From Nanobdellota archaeon (GTDB lineage: Archaea > Nanobdellota > Nanobdellia > Pacearchaeales > GW2011-AR1), in contig JANLHM010000009.1 of NCBI GenBank assembly GCA_024654565.1, forward strand, positions 25,945 through 89,944: DNA of 64,000 bases. Direction: 5' to 3'. Each line of letters begins with the position of its first letter. Within the stretch, counting starts at the first letter, position 1. Positions 63,817 through 64,000 of this stretch are shown in pieces. The position numbers were made by a program, and so were the translations under genes. The notes under the pieces are model-generated. The model saw nothing but the letters and a program-made list of their open reading frames with translations. It ran no database searches and was not told the DNA's origin.

Positions 63817-64000
63817 ATGAAAAACAAACTTAAATGTGATGCTTACCACATATTTTTTAAAAATCTTGCAAATGGTGTTAAGATAGATATTATTGCAACA
63901 CTAAAAGATGAGCCGATGTCTGTAAATGAACTTTCAAAAGAACTTAATATTGAACAGTCAAAACTTTCTCACGCTCTTGCAAATTTAAGGTTTTGTAACC
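63817..64000 (+). CDS. ArsR-family wHTH regulator, partial at window edge
   Basis: Hand translation: MKNKLKCDAYHIFFKNLANGVKIDIIATLKDEPMSVNELSKELNIEQSKLSHALANLRFCN. This follows the ArsR pattern (R..I...L....SV.EL......QS.LSH.L..L). Confidence 0.65.
   Translation, partial: MKNKLKCDAYHIFFKNLANGVKIDIIATLKDEPMSVNELSKELNIEQSKLSHALANLRFCN

Overview
AT-rich (roughly 30% GC by eye), very gene-dense archaeal chromosome segment with about 90 plausible protein genes, many joined by ATGA or TAATG stop/start overlaps. There are four tRNA genes and no rRNA, CRISPR array, integrase or transposase that I can see. Archaeal identity rests on a thermosome, aIF2-gamma, aIF5B, ribosomal proteins eS6, eL33, uS10 and L10e-type uL16, and an intron-containing tRNA-Tyr with a C1-G72 pair. 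TTTATATA boxes about 25-30 nt upstream of start codons also fit archaeal, mostly leaderless mRNAs. Sparse metabolism, dispersed ribosomal protein genes and many orphan small membrane proteins suggest a DPANN-type lineage, which is inference only. Housekeeping genes include serS, ppsA, a cyclophilin, a DEAD-box helicase, a RecJ-like DHH nuclease, TatD, a Trm11-like methyltransferase and arsR-arsM. They also include a MacB-type ABC exporter and VIT1, MgtC, MFS and SemiSWEET transporters. Most interesting: (1) At 55.8-59.2 kb, a seven-gene translationally coupled cassette holds three paralogous HExxH/EGDAT zincin-like proteins, a membrane HExxH protein, an unannotated 49-aa RHH protein, a kinase-like protein and a TM protein, with extra paralogs elsewhere in the window. 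(2) A 1.7 kb mini-island next to tRNA-Tyr is bounded by direct repeats that mimic the tRNA 3-prime end, each carrying a cUUCGg hairpin, and it carries an MNT-HEPN pair. (3) At 40.5-42.2 kb, a tandem orphan-gene cassette has paralogs with identical ends and divergent centres. (4) Several interrupted genes: a DUF202 gene with an in-phase G_GGA_AAA heptamer followed by TAG, a ParB-like gene with an in-frame TAG, a signal peptide out of frame at a T5 run, and a Dph2 gene reduced to domain 1. All functional calls come from motif recognition by eye; no database search was run.
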